IMG/VR virus record: IMGVR_UViG_3300031576_001126 | Span: 32,001-96,000 of that record | Length of the DNA: 64,000 bases | Reading direction: 5' to 3' (one strand) | Source of the DNA: a virus | In this document: positions 22,001-29,221 of the stretch, one piece after another | How the letters are laid out: each line of letters begins with the position of its first letter | Position numbering within the stretch: position 1 is the stretch's first letter | Made by a program: the position numbers and the translations under genes | Notes under the pieces: generated by a model | Told to the model about the DNA's origin: nothing | The model's input: only the letters and a program-made list of their open reading frames with translations | Databases searched by the model: none

Positions 22001-22450
22001 AGCGAAAGTCAATTGAACGATTTAATTGAATCATATAACAAACCAGAAAACTCAGCGTTACTTGCAAATTCTGGACTTTCCGGTTTTGTTTTCAAGCCAA
22101 ATACTTTAAAGGATAGAACGCTTACAATAACTTCTTCAAAAGAATCTTCTGGGGAATTTGACGGTTCTATTTTTGTCAATGCACAGATGGATGAAGATGG
22201 ACCTTTTGCTTCTGATTTATCAGAGGAAACTTTAGGATTAATTGAGAAAAAGATTAATGTAGATTTCCCGCTTAGACAAATAAGAAAAATAAAAATTTCT
22301 TTGACTAGCCAAATGCCTAACAACGCTGGTGTCAGGGTAAACGGTCTCAAAATATACTCGCCAATTGTCGATGAAACAGGCACAGCGGAATTCCCAAGAA
22401 CTGGGGTTGCATGGACAATAAGACTCACAGCAAGCATTATAACGCAATAA
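10010..22450 (+). CDS. Giant putative virion fibre/adhesin (4146 aa) with nested repeat stalk, two LVIVD beta-propeller regions and two Tyr/Gly tags; paralog of the next gene
   Basis: GGAG 8 nt upstream of ATG. LVIVD-type blades (VVSGNYAYI...LEIYDVSDKTSP, LYIIDVSQPTNP). FISGDTIFGVESGATA and FNAGDTITGLTSGATA motifs typical of T4-like virion proteins. N- and C-terminal blocks align with 22464..29219. Confidence 0.75.
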   Translation: MADVSIQANEAFLNFSDLEGDISSQKFSITPNLWVGQVFLSRTDELDKIFFLCDNTEALEVELYTALVSGGGQVFTPDFLLASVSHPENGASPFQDISVGNQSNSGGIWRKITFDTPISLVEGAFYIIVFKTTSTSKSPTIFWTANYRQSINPIITASNDAGATWSNDNIETITAGNTQAGAVCFGYVGKEVDTITYLDSGTVTIGGTVSSRRGYSVFLYVENLDPLSTTVGINFSQLPPSDPINGTSEETDQAMMRWYFFEEGILPVSADFEPVLFKTNVQAKLDINAEFVLYIQPDRISPLADTYYPESEINTYANPIGLIPIYSSTKEFIDFDTPSNASDENVNMTASTDVTDRFGIQNWAHLKNKAKLETSGNQRLASSSQNPSYFDFSTENPSKDVEIIKTITLDGTLDGIENEEDVTRGFNRSEFLKNKYIFFSKKAEQGYISSPSYPTTPGKLLAYVADSDLINWERKTISVLDSSPSTLGLTFGDTASTYIIGVYDSVVVAMQGVETLFVLFQTISFSTIGSATFPSGFHIGYYQGDFSESDIQFQLINHELTDVPNLADVNFSKFTVNNIDEQKSRFIFPNNSEILYFSASNASAIYGLGIWKINLTDSLSSIYEAERLKVNSDTSIEQTGISDEKDKQITFVLYDGNTTYLGIRTSISYTFSSVNVPTIGSSYFARVYRTDDFTTFEQLLGGEAYNSASAANFPSWLSGIHSAQDYDPTNEGVVWPQVGEDFIPSNEVKFMHKVGNILHVWTNCSAFTSANTPIHVAIDIVSKSTKVLRLFPIEDEADSSYGTIPKVSDLELYPRSKALRWIEGGSVNGNHIFIYGAESLTSSLEPATMSASLDTFDYVADHVFKSDDFKTRWLIYDDRTINDAFEKYNSLSDFIGNAGISSILFEGTGNDDINIGGTYSGTTFDERYLIEVENKGLVESFTAGVGIGNGPLDDFNASGTPTATSQKEFIVEIDRIAEVGTGTVANAGVGSLNDPSAGFAGSGSNDAQFTTLLLTPLSPKAIGVEITSLAAADVFTGSGLNDLTAQASLNPGLTSQEEFKVEIDSAGLIPNNTGLTASASPAPTQQKDYHVEIVEDAGTEIFLGSGQDDLNATVTSPSESYTYQIEIEKLAYEDQFDPAIITSVVGDDLEAFGNSTEGYLYQVEIVRKAMDVETVTGTFLDDFQVTRQVVFNGTGTNDFEIVESLSQDGIEYNYDILIEIDGLTSYKLSTDGGATFASALNPIVANTPFNVASSGWRGQFTVGSGYVVGDKWSFQTVANVSAVYKVEIDSIGLDPAPDTSPANGGIDDLSASTSGGGPLDQFLYEVEITDQSARNVSFSNPRIATNEDGIFTANQNYDPSTSAGALIKALGNIPENRDFDDLPFGSDAIAYRTEIDGKALDASVYGSYLYTISRNIVSNSIFKIINTSHLDNIPSPLSTTNVSVDGIDFVVSGNYAYIISTSLGDNSLEIYDVSDKTSPMLLSTLDLGIFVSSVISIIGDTVYLVSNVVPSLPNSSSINLIVINVGNPLNPYIRSVTRSTGGGSASALFSSKPLPLREMVYLSQSSTASFFIVNDKDIPLNIGPTDNTFDGGSGQTGIEALDDRLYVASSNNRKVFVYNDLSSMESFVSYVLLSGGPFFEGEMIVKTSSTPTAGANATILTVVAPFPTSGELKLGNASQLTGITIAPSSQFISGDTIFGVESGATATLSSGLTFKNKDASGANQTSTVGFRKAATITTFGLNPNNVHPFNFLIKSSEAIILSSPPITIDSFENSTEFTFTVSGTTATISGNITAQILNGSTVKFYNLTGGSANILFVTYRTVRSVTYNSGPNTTTFTISSILSDRTGGKCFKIVNYTLLAVSLTGTNAGVEIYDMTNIINLDASLNPLIYPSQMLARIPLSDLSGSPNFISNRGDILYISTSAGVDIFEISRSSIVHSHENLGHLIAKKINSTSAGSTIGRLAVSPISISNNVEFIGRVGPVSFTPVSLASSAGNNILQAISVDGRLSLSSISGFNAGDTITGLTSGATAIVFASTIGSTAYGNLNGKFILGETISSSGGGSASNFGLSNPELLSMKSGKYIIKATSSTQYVYSTDGGKTFTTTPILMLTSFAGIGSTGVSIRFESTTTHVAGDIWEFEVGPNGIFDYKVEIDSLWNDSLIFTGSGLDDLKVFGDPTNNIDVEITIDGTAEQFGYGYGFGLGGDFFNIFGFAGPDYGYGGGSFEYDYAYSYDYGLGYEYGYGYPFENNATSTDTFSYVATVNSITIASGFQIPITEDLQNITNGIQIEFGSKGKFSEDYLFTLFGSASPSDGFQIIKLDSIYSDLTSGAIVETQSVEDAVTLGQVSIACDENLMIIGNQTTPSVYIYNTRDPENTHLVGVESVVQNCEDIRINDNLLFIGGNSGGNSQFVIYDLTYAQVSELVEDDVVNLSDPFVNIRIKDDYAFVLVDDSVNIILQSWDISNPISVPVSPDDTLSLSFTSGGADALSSTISGNYHYSAGNVSGTYFLKTVDITNPTALVLSSSISFESSFVVFSITSTNNFLYITGHRTVPINAERLVKVYDIVSTPGTPVFTGEYKDSFDGADSRMTDIKAKDGIVYTMALNNSTSASSLYIIDVSQPTNPSLLTSILVADYTVLLNLCTLTRTQGHTYGDKWNFSSRDTFRWTDDARRPVTIWNEEEVEINSGIQNIDNLTAVLFLEKTAGYALGDTWDFSTVDTFRWAADITGTVLDISDSSFEWQEEKIKAPFEGGVIDLESTSPFDNPNVKLDFFDSNGYFIGDFIDWSYTQQDSYSVRIYEFNPLLGLDVIRTSPFLITPTTPTLPTNQLVTAGSPVSVAITSPEATGPVFVEFDGGIGHKTGDKWTFTTLDTFRWTDKVFPQLIDNDPISGFVIQWNETKVPIMTDVLTLYSLNNNVDITIGNKNGHDIGDAWIFSTVDTFKYSVGDDLDDLSQKRTDIPIPLEGGISSIGKQDTAANDKDSENNVFIDSNYDVGHSIGDKWTFSTTDAFRYIILNFGYGYGFGSGADYFDVFGHLGGFVGYGWDTSNQIGTNNQLFESVNASQYGYGTGYEYGFGQYGFSFDIDINCIPIKLTNNIGNGVVLDFSNLSGHSGNEIWQFSSSDKFVYNIDGGSDIGPINVSDDFVGVENGISIKFNSLSGFSVGDSWDFKTIDTFKYYEDNVLIASNINLSTSSISLESYMSISFGNVTGHTVGNYWTFDALDEFTYEVKTLPNTKTLNDSIVLGSTITGSTSVITGISQPVGGGSDVDVTFTNQNGHTLGDKWRIANVDSYKWSDNNGLSYTILKIATSTPSLLSNGISASFPTLNNLRNHNVGDKWTFDALDEIKWSKNNGSTFEASGLPALISPTTSIGSGLNFSFDASLGHDIGDIWTFHPVPKIGYQLVEGKGVYHGKTIAIFDHDETARMFSDYPALSPDLSTLSTKPRAGIYCGLVNYAGSSVDNIEFDNSNTPESIITANGITYIISENDDDGIRAFKTYGIKELPQNWGKSFQTSLGAQSTITAFEKIDIDKANFELAVGGPSTFVNIIRRGHVQKINGAVFISEIKKDSLSAGFDNVNLTFPNRSILAISNTLRRPQEITAFFNINYLGDIESDVIGGVPVADILSNIEASNTNIFIKCAETIEKLFEEPKAILDIPLAQDVDGSNSTRSLISNTFQTDTENNFFRIESNNLLSDDSGSGNPRELVDLKIKGLRLHDITLQGPEENTNNMKVAVTGIIDEGSGVPENALQNGVHVPSNGEIIVDFNKPIYLSEISFDVEYFGTDLAGANQSQFSIYALTTFHNQKYGNNIIDKNDWTLIGSPEFVSLTGNQDSISKDAIGMFVKSVRIFLNSGVTLKVKNLSFKSFTGSSDQFSSSGDVKSPEMITIDDPFGILVADISGMPSSFAVLNSDGSNITIDLEENVPVTRISLGAYSGNDPTKSLKIESWDGATTLLGSPVYEILHNAPISDYELSVVQWTPRLKDKSREVQVIFLSSGDIESESQLNDLIESYNKPENSALLANSGLSGFVFKPNTLKDRTLTITSSKESSGEFDGSIFVNAQMDEDGPFASDLSEETLGLIEKKINVDFPLRQIRKIKISLTSQMPNNAGVRVNGLKIYSPIVDETGTAEFPRTGVAWTIRLTASIITQ
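14190..15910 (+). other. LVIVD-repeat beta-propeller region 1 (with inserted small domains)
   Basis: ALDASVYGSYLY, DFVVSGNYAYI..LEIYDVSD..SP, LIVINVGNPLNP, GVEIYDMTN, ISNRGDILYISTSAGVDIFEIS. Confidence 0.6.
16586..16738 (+). repeat. Tyr/Gly tag copy 2 (apex of nested stalk)
   Basis: FGYGYGFGLGGDFFNIFG..DYGYGGGSFEYDYAYSYDYGLGYEYGYGY. Confidence 0.85.
16900..17940 (+). other. LVIVD-repeat beta-propeller region 2
   Basis: VYIYNTRDPEN, DIRINDNLLFI, IRIKDDYAFV..WDISNP, TISGNYHY..VDITNPT, LYIIDVSQPTNP. Confidence 0.65.
19052..19243 (+). repeat. Tyr/Gly tag copy 3
   Basis: FGYGYGFGSGADYFDVFG...GYG...LFE...QYGYGTGYEYGFG. Confidence 0.85.
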
Positions 22451-22463
22451 GTGGAGAGAATTA

Positions 22464-25400
22464 ATGTCCACTCGCACGGATTTTAAAATAAAAACAAGTG
22501 AATCATTTTTTAATTTGCCGGACACTTCTAATGTTGCTGTGCAGAAATTCACAATAACTAATGAAAATTGGATAGGTCAAGTTTTTATTTCAAAAAGTTC
22601 AGAACTTCAAAAATTCTTTTTCCTTTGCAACGACACCGAAGGTCTTGAAGTTTTTATTCACAAAGCTGATGTTTCTACTTCAAACGGAAGAACAATTTAT
22701 ACTCCAAATCAAATTGTTGTTTCTATCATTCATGAAGTTGATGGCCTAAGTCCATTTCAAGTTATTGAAAAAGACAATCCAGATAGTGTTGCCTCGTGGA
22801 ATTATCCGAATTGGCTTGCAACACCGCAAACAGCGAATGATCAGGAAGAACCCTACATTGTTGTTTTCAAGACAACATCAGATAAAAAACCCGAAGTTTA
22901 TTACACTTTTGAATACAGACAACCTATATTTCCTCAAATAATAGGTTGGAACGGAGAAGCATGGTCGAATAACAACATATCCACAAAAACAGTGAACAAA
23001 ACACAAATAGGCGCAGTCTGTTTTGGATTTATAGGAAACAATTTAAGAGAACATGATCTTGACTTGGGATCTTTGATTGTTGGAGGAAGAGATACGGCAA
23101 GAAGAGGATACCCGGTATTTATTTTTGCTGAAAATATTTCTTCTCAAAACGACAATATTATTTTGGATTTCTCAACAGTTTCTCCTGAAGATTCTTCTCT
23201 TGGAACTCCTGAAGAAACTTCAAAATCCATGATGAAATGGTATAGGTTCAATAGAAACACATTGCCGACTTCTAAGAATTTAGAATTGCTTGATGCTGAG
23301 TTTAAGACGGAATTAAATGCTGAAAACAATTTTGTGTTATTTATACATCCCGATAAACTGTCTCCATTTGCAGACACCTATCTTCCACCGTCCGACATAG
23401 AAATGATATCTAATAAAATAGGAGTTGTTCCAATTTATGATAGTGGAGAGACCAACAATAGATTTGCAACCGATTTTACAAATAGATTTCAGAAAAAATT
23501 CTGGGCTAAGTTTTCTAAAGATACTATTCTTGATCCAATAATATCTACTATAACAACTTCGGAAAAAGATCTTGATGAGAAAAGTTTAAGTGGTTTTTTG
23601 AATGGTAACTTCGCAAATGGAACAACCTCATGGCTAACTTCAGGTTCCACTATTGTCTCGGAAACTGGGACTGGAAATTTTTTGACTGGGAACGGAATAA
23701 CAAATTCAAAAAGTATAAAATTCAACCATCCTTCAAGTGGCGCATCTTTTGGTTCTCAATCTCATCCATCGTTTTTTCAATCCATAACTACTCAAAATTT
23801 GGAATCTCAAATTACTGGCAATAGTGTTTATGATTCAATAACACCGGCCGATGAATTGGAAAATCCAAGCGATCCAGATGGAGATGGGACAAGTGGAAGA
23901 TTGCATTATGTTTATTATGTCAAACGCTCAATGACGGGGTTTGCGGCAACAGAAAACGGCATAACAAGATTAGCTTTTGTGAAACAAAATGGCCAAAGTT
24001 ACATAGAAATAGTCCCAAATTATGAAGAAATATTACCTGAGGGAGAAACGGTTCCAACAACTATATCGCCTTTGGATGGCTATGAATATAGTGACACTCA
24101 GGGATGGGTCAGAATTAGTGGATATTTCAATCTAAGGACAGGCGGATCATATACAATTGATTTTTCTCCGACAGGGGCATATATAAATGGAACTTCCTAT
24201 TTTGTTATAAGGCCAACTATTCCAGCTTCAACTCAAGAAGTTTTTGTTGATGAAGTTTCTTTGACTTATTTTGATGCAACGCAGATAACGCAAACAGATG
24301 ATATAATAACAGGCAGAAACGCTTCTGGTAGCAGAAATCCAGACTATATAGATTTTTCTTTCGAAAATCCTAATGGAGAAGTTGATATTGTAAAAAAATT
24401 AACTCTATCTTCAGACATATTGGATGGGTCTTTAACCGAAAAAGAATTGGTTAGGGGTTTTGATAAGGTTGTGTTTTACAAAGGCAAATATGTTTTTTTC
24501 TCAAAAAAAACAATTGACGGACTGTTGGTTTCAAGTCCAGCTTCTATTCCAGCTACTCCGGGCAAGCTTGTTGTTTATGTTGCCGATAGCGATCTGACAA
24601 ATTTTCAAAAGAAAACAGTTCAACTTTTGGATTCTTCGCCATCAACACTTGGAATTGGCACTGGTGGAACAGAAAAAACTTATATCATAGGATTGAACGA
24701 TACAATTGTCACGAATGTATCTGGTGAAGAAACAATATTGTTTTTAACAAAAACTTTTGTAGCTTTGGGTGTCTCTCCAATTTCATATCCATCCCAATTT
24801 GACATTGGATATTATCAAGGAGATCTCTCTGAATCAACAATAAATATTCAACTAATAAATCACGAATCCACGGGGGCTCTAGACCTATCGTCAACACCAA
24901 TTGATAGATATTTTGGATCTTTTGCTCATCTTGACTCAAGAATACTTTCCGATGATAAAAATAATGCAATTTTCATATCTCCAAATAATTTAAATAATAT
25001 TTATATTTCTGCAAGTTCTGATAATTGTTCTCAAAATAAATTTGTTGGATTGGGATTGTGGAAAATAGATCTTAATGATAGTTTGTCGTCAATTTATGAA
25101 GCCGAAAGATTAAAGCCAAATTTTGAAATTCAAGCTATAGATATAAATCTAGGAACATTAAACACTGCTCAAACTGGCATATCTTCATTTAGAGATTCCA
25201 GAATAACATTTGTTTTATACGACGGGAATACAACTTATCTCGGAGTCAGAGGAAGAACTCTTTGGACGCAACCATTGTCGGTCAATGTTCTTTCCGAACA
25301 AAATACATGCAGAATATATAGAACAGTTGATTTTGTTACATTTGAACAATTGCTGGGGAACGAACCAATTTATTCTTCTGGCAATTTGCCATCTTGGCTT

Positions 25401-28400
25401 GCTGAATTTAGTTCAATAGAGGATCTGTTCACAACATCTGGGCTTGGAGACGAGATAATAAATAATGATGTAAAATTCATGTATAAAGTAGGAAATATAT
25501 TGCATGCATGGATATGTCCTCATTTTTTTGATGAAAAAAACACACCAATGCATATTGGCATAGATACAAATAACAAACTTATTTCGGTTTTAAGAAAATT
25601 TCCAATAGAAAATGTTGGCGATTCTAATTATGAGATATCTCCAAAAGTTTCAGATCTTGAGCTATACCCAAGAAGCAAAGCGTTAAGATGGATCGAAGAC
25701 GGTTCAGTAAATGGAAACTATATTTATATCTGTGGGGCCGATACATTATCCTCAAACACTGAAAATCCAACTCAAGATATAATAAATATAAATGATAATG
25801 TTCCTGTTTGCCATAGTTATCCAGATTCTTATTCTGCAAGATGGATAATGTATGATGACAGAATAATAAACAAACCTTTTGTATCTGATATAAACAATAG
25901 AAAATTTTTTATGTTTATCCCAAACTCAACATCCTTAATTGCGATTGGTGTCGGAAGAGATTCCGCAGAATTGGTAAAGGATTATCCCAGTATAACGTCA
26001 ACGTATGCCGACTTAGCTGTGAAATTAAATAGCGATGTTGGATATTACAAAGAGAATCCTCCAGTAAATAAAATTAAAATACTAGATATGAGAGACGGAA
26101 CAAATATAACTGTTATTAATAATACTGGAATAAGTGGAGGTGAAAATTTTGGAACAATAAACAATGGAATTTTTGTAACAAACAACAATGTTTATATAAC
26201 AAAGGGATCTGATTTTAGAATATATACTTCGGCTTCCATTTTAAACCCAAATTCTTCAGTTTTTGGATCCGTTTCCATTTCATCTCCTTTTGGGAAAAAG
26301 TTTTTTGGAACAGTTTCTGTATTTGAGCCAAACATTGCAGTAGGAATAATTGTAGATCTAGCAACCGGATTCCTGTCTAGTTTGGTTTTGATAAACATAT
26401 CAAATAAAGCATTCCCTTCGGCAATTCAATATTTGCCAAATCTTCCCTTTGGTGAAAGTTATTTATCTTTAGATTTTAGCGATACAGGAAACACATTGTA
26501 TGCCGCCGGGAGAAATGTTAGTGGAAATTTTATAGATATTTTTGATGTAAGTTCATCAATGTTGAATTTTGTAACGAGATTACAGACGGGCTCAACTTTT
26601 TTCTTTACAGACAGAATAAAAGTTCAAAGAGGAAAAAACAAAATAATATACAACATTTCTAATGTTGTTTTCGTATACGATATCTCTGCCGAATTAAATC
26701 CTATTCTTATGGATTCAATTGGTTTTTTAGCAAACATAGCTTTTATATCTTTCTTAAACGGAGGTCATCCTGAATCTGACGAAATTGATGATATAATATT
26801 CGTGGTATTAACAAATGGCGAAATCAATGCCTTGGATATCTCGAATATATCTATTGATGGTATTGTTACTTTGTATAATAAAAAAATATTAAATAGCGTT
26901 GTTCCTTTTACTCATTTTTCTGACATAGGAAGTTCTATAAAAATCAGAGAAGGTTTTGAAACGATAAGAGGCAAGGGCATATACAATGGAAAAACGGTTA
27001 TAAAATTTGATCATGATGAAAAATCATCAACTTTTAAAAAATATCCAGCTTTATTCCCTGACGATTCCACCGTAGAGACTAAACCAAGAGTCGGCATGTA
27101 TTGTGGATTGGTTTCTTATGGTTCTGATGAAAACATAGGAATAGAAAATGACACAAACAACATTATATCAAAATTATTTTCTTATGGTGGTATAAATTAT
27201 ATTTCTGTTAATAATGAAAATAGTGGATTTAATTTATATAAAACATATGGCATTAAAGAACTTCCACAAAATTGGGGCAATTCTTATAGAGACATAGAGG
27301 GAAACTTGGCCGACATAAACACCTATTATTCTCTTGATATAGATAAAGCTGCATTTGAAAATGTTTTTTTTGGCAAAGAAACATTTAAAAATATATCTAG
27401 AATATCGGAAACAATAAATTCAAACAATACATATTTTATTTCAGAATTAAAAACAAACAATTTATCATCCAATTTTATTGACATAGATACGGATAATCCA
27501 GAAAGAAATCTTGTATTTTTAAATCTAAATTACAAAAAACCACAACACATATCTATGTTTTATAATCTAAATTATTTTGGAGATGGTTCTGACATATTGG
27601 ATTTGAGTGACACAAACACATCTGAGACAGAATTAACGTTTACTTCCGCACAAACATTGGAAAAACTTTTTACAGATCCGGATCAAATTATAACCATACC
27701 TTTGGCTCAGGAAGTTTCCAATGATCCATCAAATAGGACTTTTATAAGAAAAACTTTACCAGCAGATATCTCATCTAATTTTTTCAGAATAGAATCAAGC
27801 TCAGTTTATGATAATGAGGCTAATGGTATAAATGTTTATATAAAATCTCTTTCTGTGAATGATGTTTCTCTTAGTTTCCCCGATTCTGAGACAGCAATTA
27901 AAACCGTGGTGGTTAATGGAATTGTATACGGAACATCACAAAGTCCAGAAAATATTATAGAAAATGACGCTATTTTGCCTCCAGATGGGGAAATAATAAT
28001 AGACTTCACTAAACCAATATATATAAATGAAATAAATTTCAAAGCCAAATATTCAAGCCCAGACTTTAAAGGTGTTGGAAGAGCAGAGTTTGAATTTTTA
28101 GCAATAACAAATATTGAAAAGGAATCAACGGGCAATGACTTGGTGTCTTCTAAAGACTGGATAAGTCTTGGAAATTCTGTATTTTATGGAAACCTAAATA
28201 ACGAAAGCGAAATATCAAAGAAAAACATATTGTCATACATACAATCTATTAGAATAATTTTAAAGTCTTCAATATCTATAACAATCAAAGAATTATCGAT
28301 AAGGGGCTTTTCTTCTGGATTATTAAATCAATTTGTTTCGTCTGGAGATATCAAATCCCAAGAATTAATTTTAGTAGATGATATTTTCGGTTTGCTTGAG

Positions 28401-29219
28401 GCCAATAACGGTTCTGTTGCTGGTGCTTTTGCTTCTTTTGAATCAAACAATAGTTCATTGGAATTTGATCTTGGTCAAACAGTTCCGATAACAAGGATAA
28501 CAATGAATGTTGCTGGAGAAGAAGAAACAAACACAAGAACACTTCAAGTTGACACTTGGGATGGAACCACTCTTTCGGAAGGGAATCCTCAGTTTGATAA
28601 TGTTTTTACAGGATCTGTGCCAAATTATGGGTTTTCATTAGTTAGATGGAAAGCAAGACCAAAAGAAAGATCGAGAGAAGTGGAAGTTGAATTCTTGGAT
28701 TCATCAGCGCCATATACTCCAGATCCATTATTAAACGACTTAGAACTTGGCGATTTTTTACTTGATTTTAACAACATATCTAATAATTCTGGGCTTCTTT
28801 TAAGATCCGGTTTGTCTGGATGGTCGTTTAGGCCATCTGTTTTTAAAGATAGATCAATTAGCGTATCTTCAAGTGAAGGAAGATTTGAAAGCGGAGATGA
28901 TGAAGATTATGTGGATGAAAATACAGATGGTTTTATTGTCGTTAATGCGCAAATGGATGAAGGTGGACCGTTTAAGGATGATGGAACAGGAAATGCCATC
29001 GGGCTTCTTGAAAACAAATTAAGTATAGATTTTTCAGCAAGAGATGTTAGAAAGATAAAAATAACTTTAAGGAATCAATTGTTCGGTGGAAGTTCTCTTA
29101 AAATCAATGGATTGCGAGTCTATACGCCAATTGTGGATTCTTTAGGAATGGCCATATTTCCAGTTTCAATGCCTGAATTGACAATAAGATTCAAAATCAA
29201 TGTTTCAACGGAAAAGTAA
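22464..29219 (+). CDS. Large putative virion protein (2251 aa), tandem paralog of the 4146-aa gene with a short LVIVD-like central cassette and an extra CBM-like insert
   Basis: GGAG 7 nt upstream. Identical peptides shared with the preceding ORF: PKVSDLELYPRSKALRWIE, ITFVLYDGNTTYLG, DSLSSIYEAERLK, KTYGIKELPQNWG, VNAQMDE. Confidence 0.75.
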   Translation: MSTRTDFKIKTSESFFNLPDTSNVAVQKFTITNENWIGQVFISKSSELQKFFFLCNDTEGLEVFIHKADVSTSNGRTIYTPNQIVVSIIHEVDGLSPFQVIEKDNPDSVASWNYPNWLATPQTANDQEEPYIVVFKTTSDKKPEVYYTFEYRQPIFPQIIGWNGEAWSNNNISTKTVNKTQIGAVCFGFIGNNLREHDLDLGSLIVGGRDTARRGYPVFIFAENISSQNDNIILDFSTVSPEDSSLGTPEETSKSMMKWYRFNRNTLPTSKNLELLDAEFKTELNAENNFVLFIHPDKLSPFADTYLPPSDIEMISNKIGVVPIYDSGETNNRFATDFTNRFQKKFWAKFSKDTILDPIISTITTSEKDLDEKSLSGFLNGNFANGTTSWLTSGSTIVSETGTGNFLTGNGITNSKSIKFNHPSSGASFGSQSHPSFFQSITTQNLESQITGNSVYDSITPADELENPSDPDGDGTSGRLHYVYYVKRSMTGFAATENGITRLAFVKQNGQSYIEIVPNYEEILPEGETVPTTISPLDGYEYSDTQGWVRISGYFNLRTGGSYTIDFSPTGAYINGTSYFVIRPTIPASTQEVFVDEVSLTYFDATQITQTDDIITGRNASGSRNPDYIDFSFENPNGEVDIVKKLTLSSDILDGSLTEKELVRGFDKVVFYKGKYVFFSKKTIDGLLVSSPASIPATPGKLVVYVADSDLTNFQKKTVQLLDSSPSTLGIGTGGTEKTYIIGLNDTIVTNVSGEETILFLTKTFVALGVSPISYPSQFDIGYYQGDLSESTINIQLINHESTGALDLSSTPIDRYFGSFAHLDSRILSDDKNNAIFISPNNLNNIYISASSDNCSQNKFVGLGLWKIDLNDSLSSIYEAERLKPNFEIQAIDINLGTLNTAQTGISSFRDSRITFVLYDGNTTYLGVRGRTLWTQPLSVNVLSEQNTCRIYRTVDFVTFEQLLGNEPIYSSGNLPSWLAEFSSIEDLFTTSGLGDEIINNDVKFMYKVGNILHAWICPHFFDEKNTPMHIGIDTNNKLISVLRKFPIENVGDSNYEISPKVSDLELYPRSKALRWIEDGSVNGNYIYICGADTLSSNTENPTQDIININDNVPVCHSYPDSYSARWIMYDDRIINKPFVSDINNRKFFMFIPNSTSLIAIGVGRDSAELVKDYPSITSTYADLAVKLNSDVGYYKENPPVNKIKILDMRDGTNITVINNTGISGGENFGTINNGIFVTNNNVYITKGSDFRIYTSASILNPNSSVFGSVSISSPFGKKFFGTVSVFEPNIAVGIIVDLATGFLSSLVLINISNKAFPSAIQYLPNLPFGESYLSLDFSDTGNTLYAAGRNVSGNFIDIFDVSSSMLNFVTRLQTGSTFFFTDRIKVQRGKNKIIYNISNVVFVYDISAELNPILMDSIGFLANIAFISFLNGGHPESDEIDDIIFVVLTNGEINALDISNISIDGIVTLYNKKILNSVVPFTHFSDIGSSIKIREGFETIRGKGIYNGKTVIKFDHDEKSSTFKKYPALFPDDSTVETKPRVGMYCGLVSYGSDENIGIENDTNNIISKLFSYGGINYISVNNENSGFNLYKTYGIKELPQNWGNSYRDIEGNLADINTYYSLDIDKAAFENVFFGKETFKNISRISETINSNNTYFISELKTNNLSSNFIDIDTDNPERNLVFLNLNYKKPQHISMFYNLNYFGDGSDILDLSDTNTSETELTFTSAQTLEKLFTDPDQIITIPLAQEVSNDPSNRTFIRKTLPADISSNFFRIESSSVYDNEANGINVYIKSLSVNDVSLSFPDSETAIKTVVVNGIVYGTSQSPENIIENDAILPPDGEIIIDFTKPIYINEINFKAKYSSPDFKGVGRAEFEFLAITNIEKESTGNDLVSSKDWISLGNSVFYGNLNNESEISKKNILSYIQSIRIILKSSISITIKELSIRGFSSGLLNQFVSSGDIKSQELILVDDIFGLLEANNGSVAGAFASFESNNSSLEFDLGQTVPITRITMNVAGEEETNTRTLQVDTWDGTTLSEGNPQFDNVFTGSVPNYGFSLVRWKARPKERSREVEVEFLDSSAPYTPDPLLNDLELGDFLLDFNNISNNSGLLLRSGLSGWSFRPSVFKDRSISVSSSEGRFESGDDEDYVDENTDGFIVVNAQMDEGGPFKDDGTGNAIGLLENKLSIDFSARDVRKIKITLRNQLFGGSSLKINGLRVYTPIVDSLGMAIFPVSMPELTIRFKINVSTEK

Positions 29220-29221
29220 GA

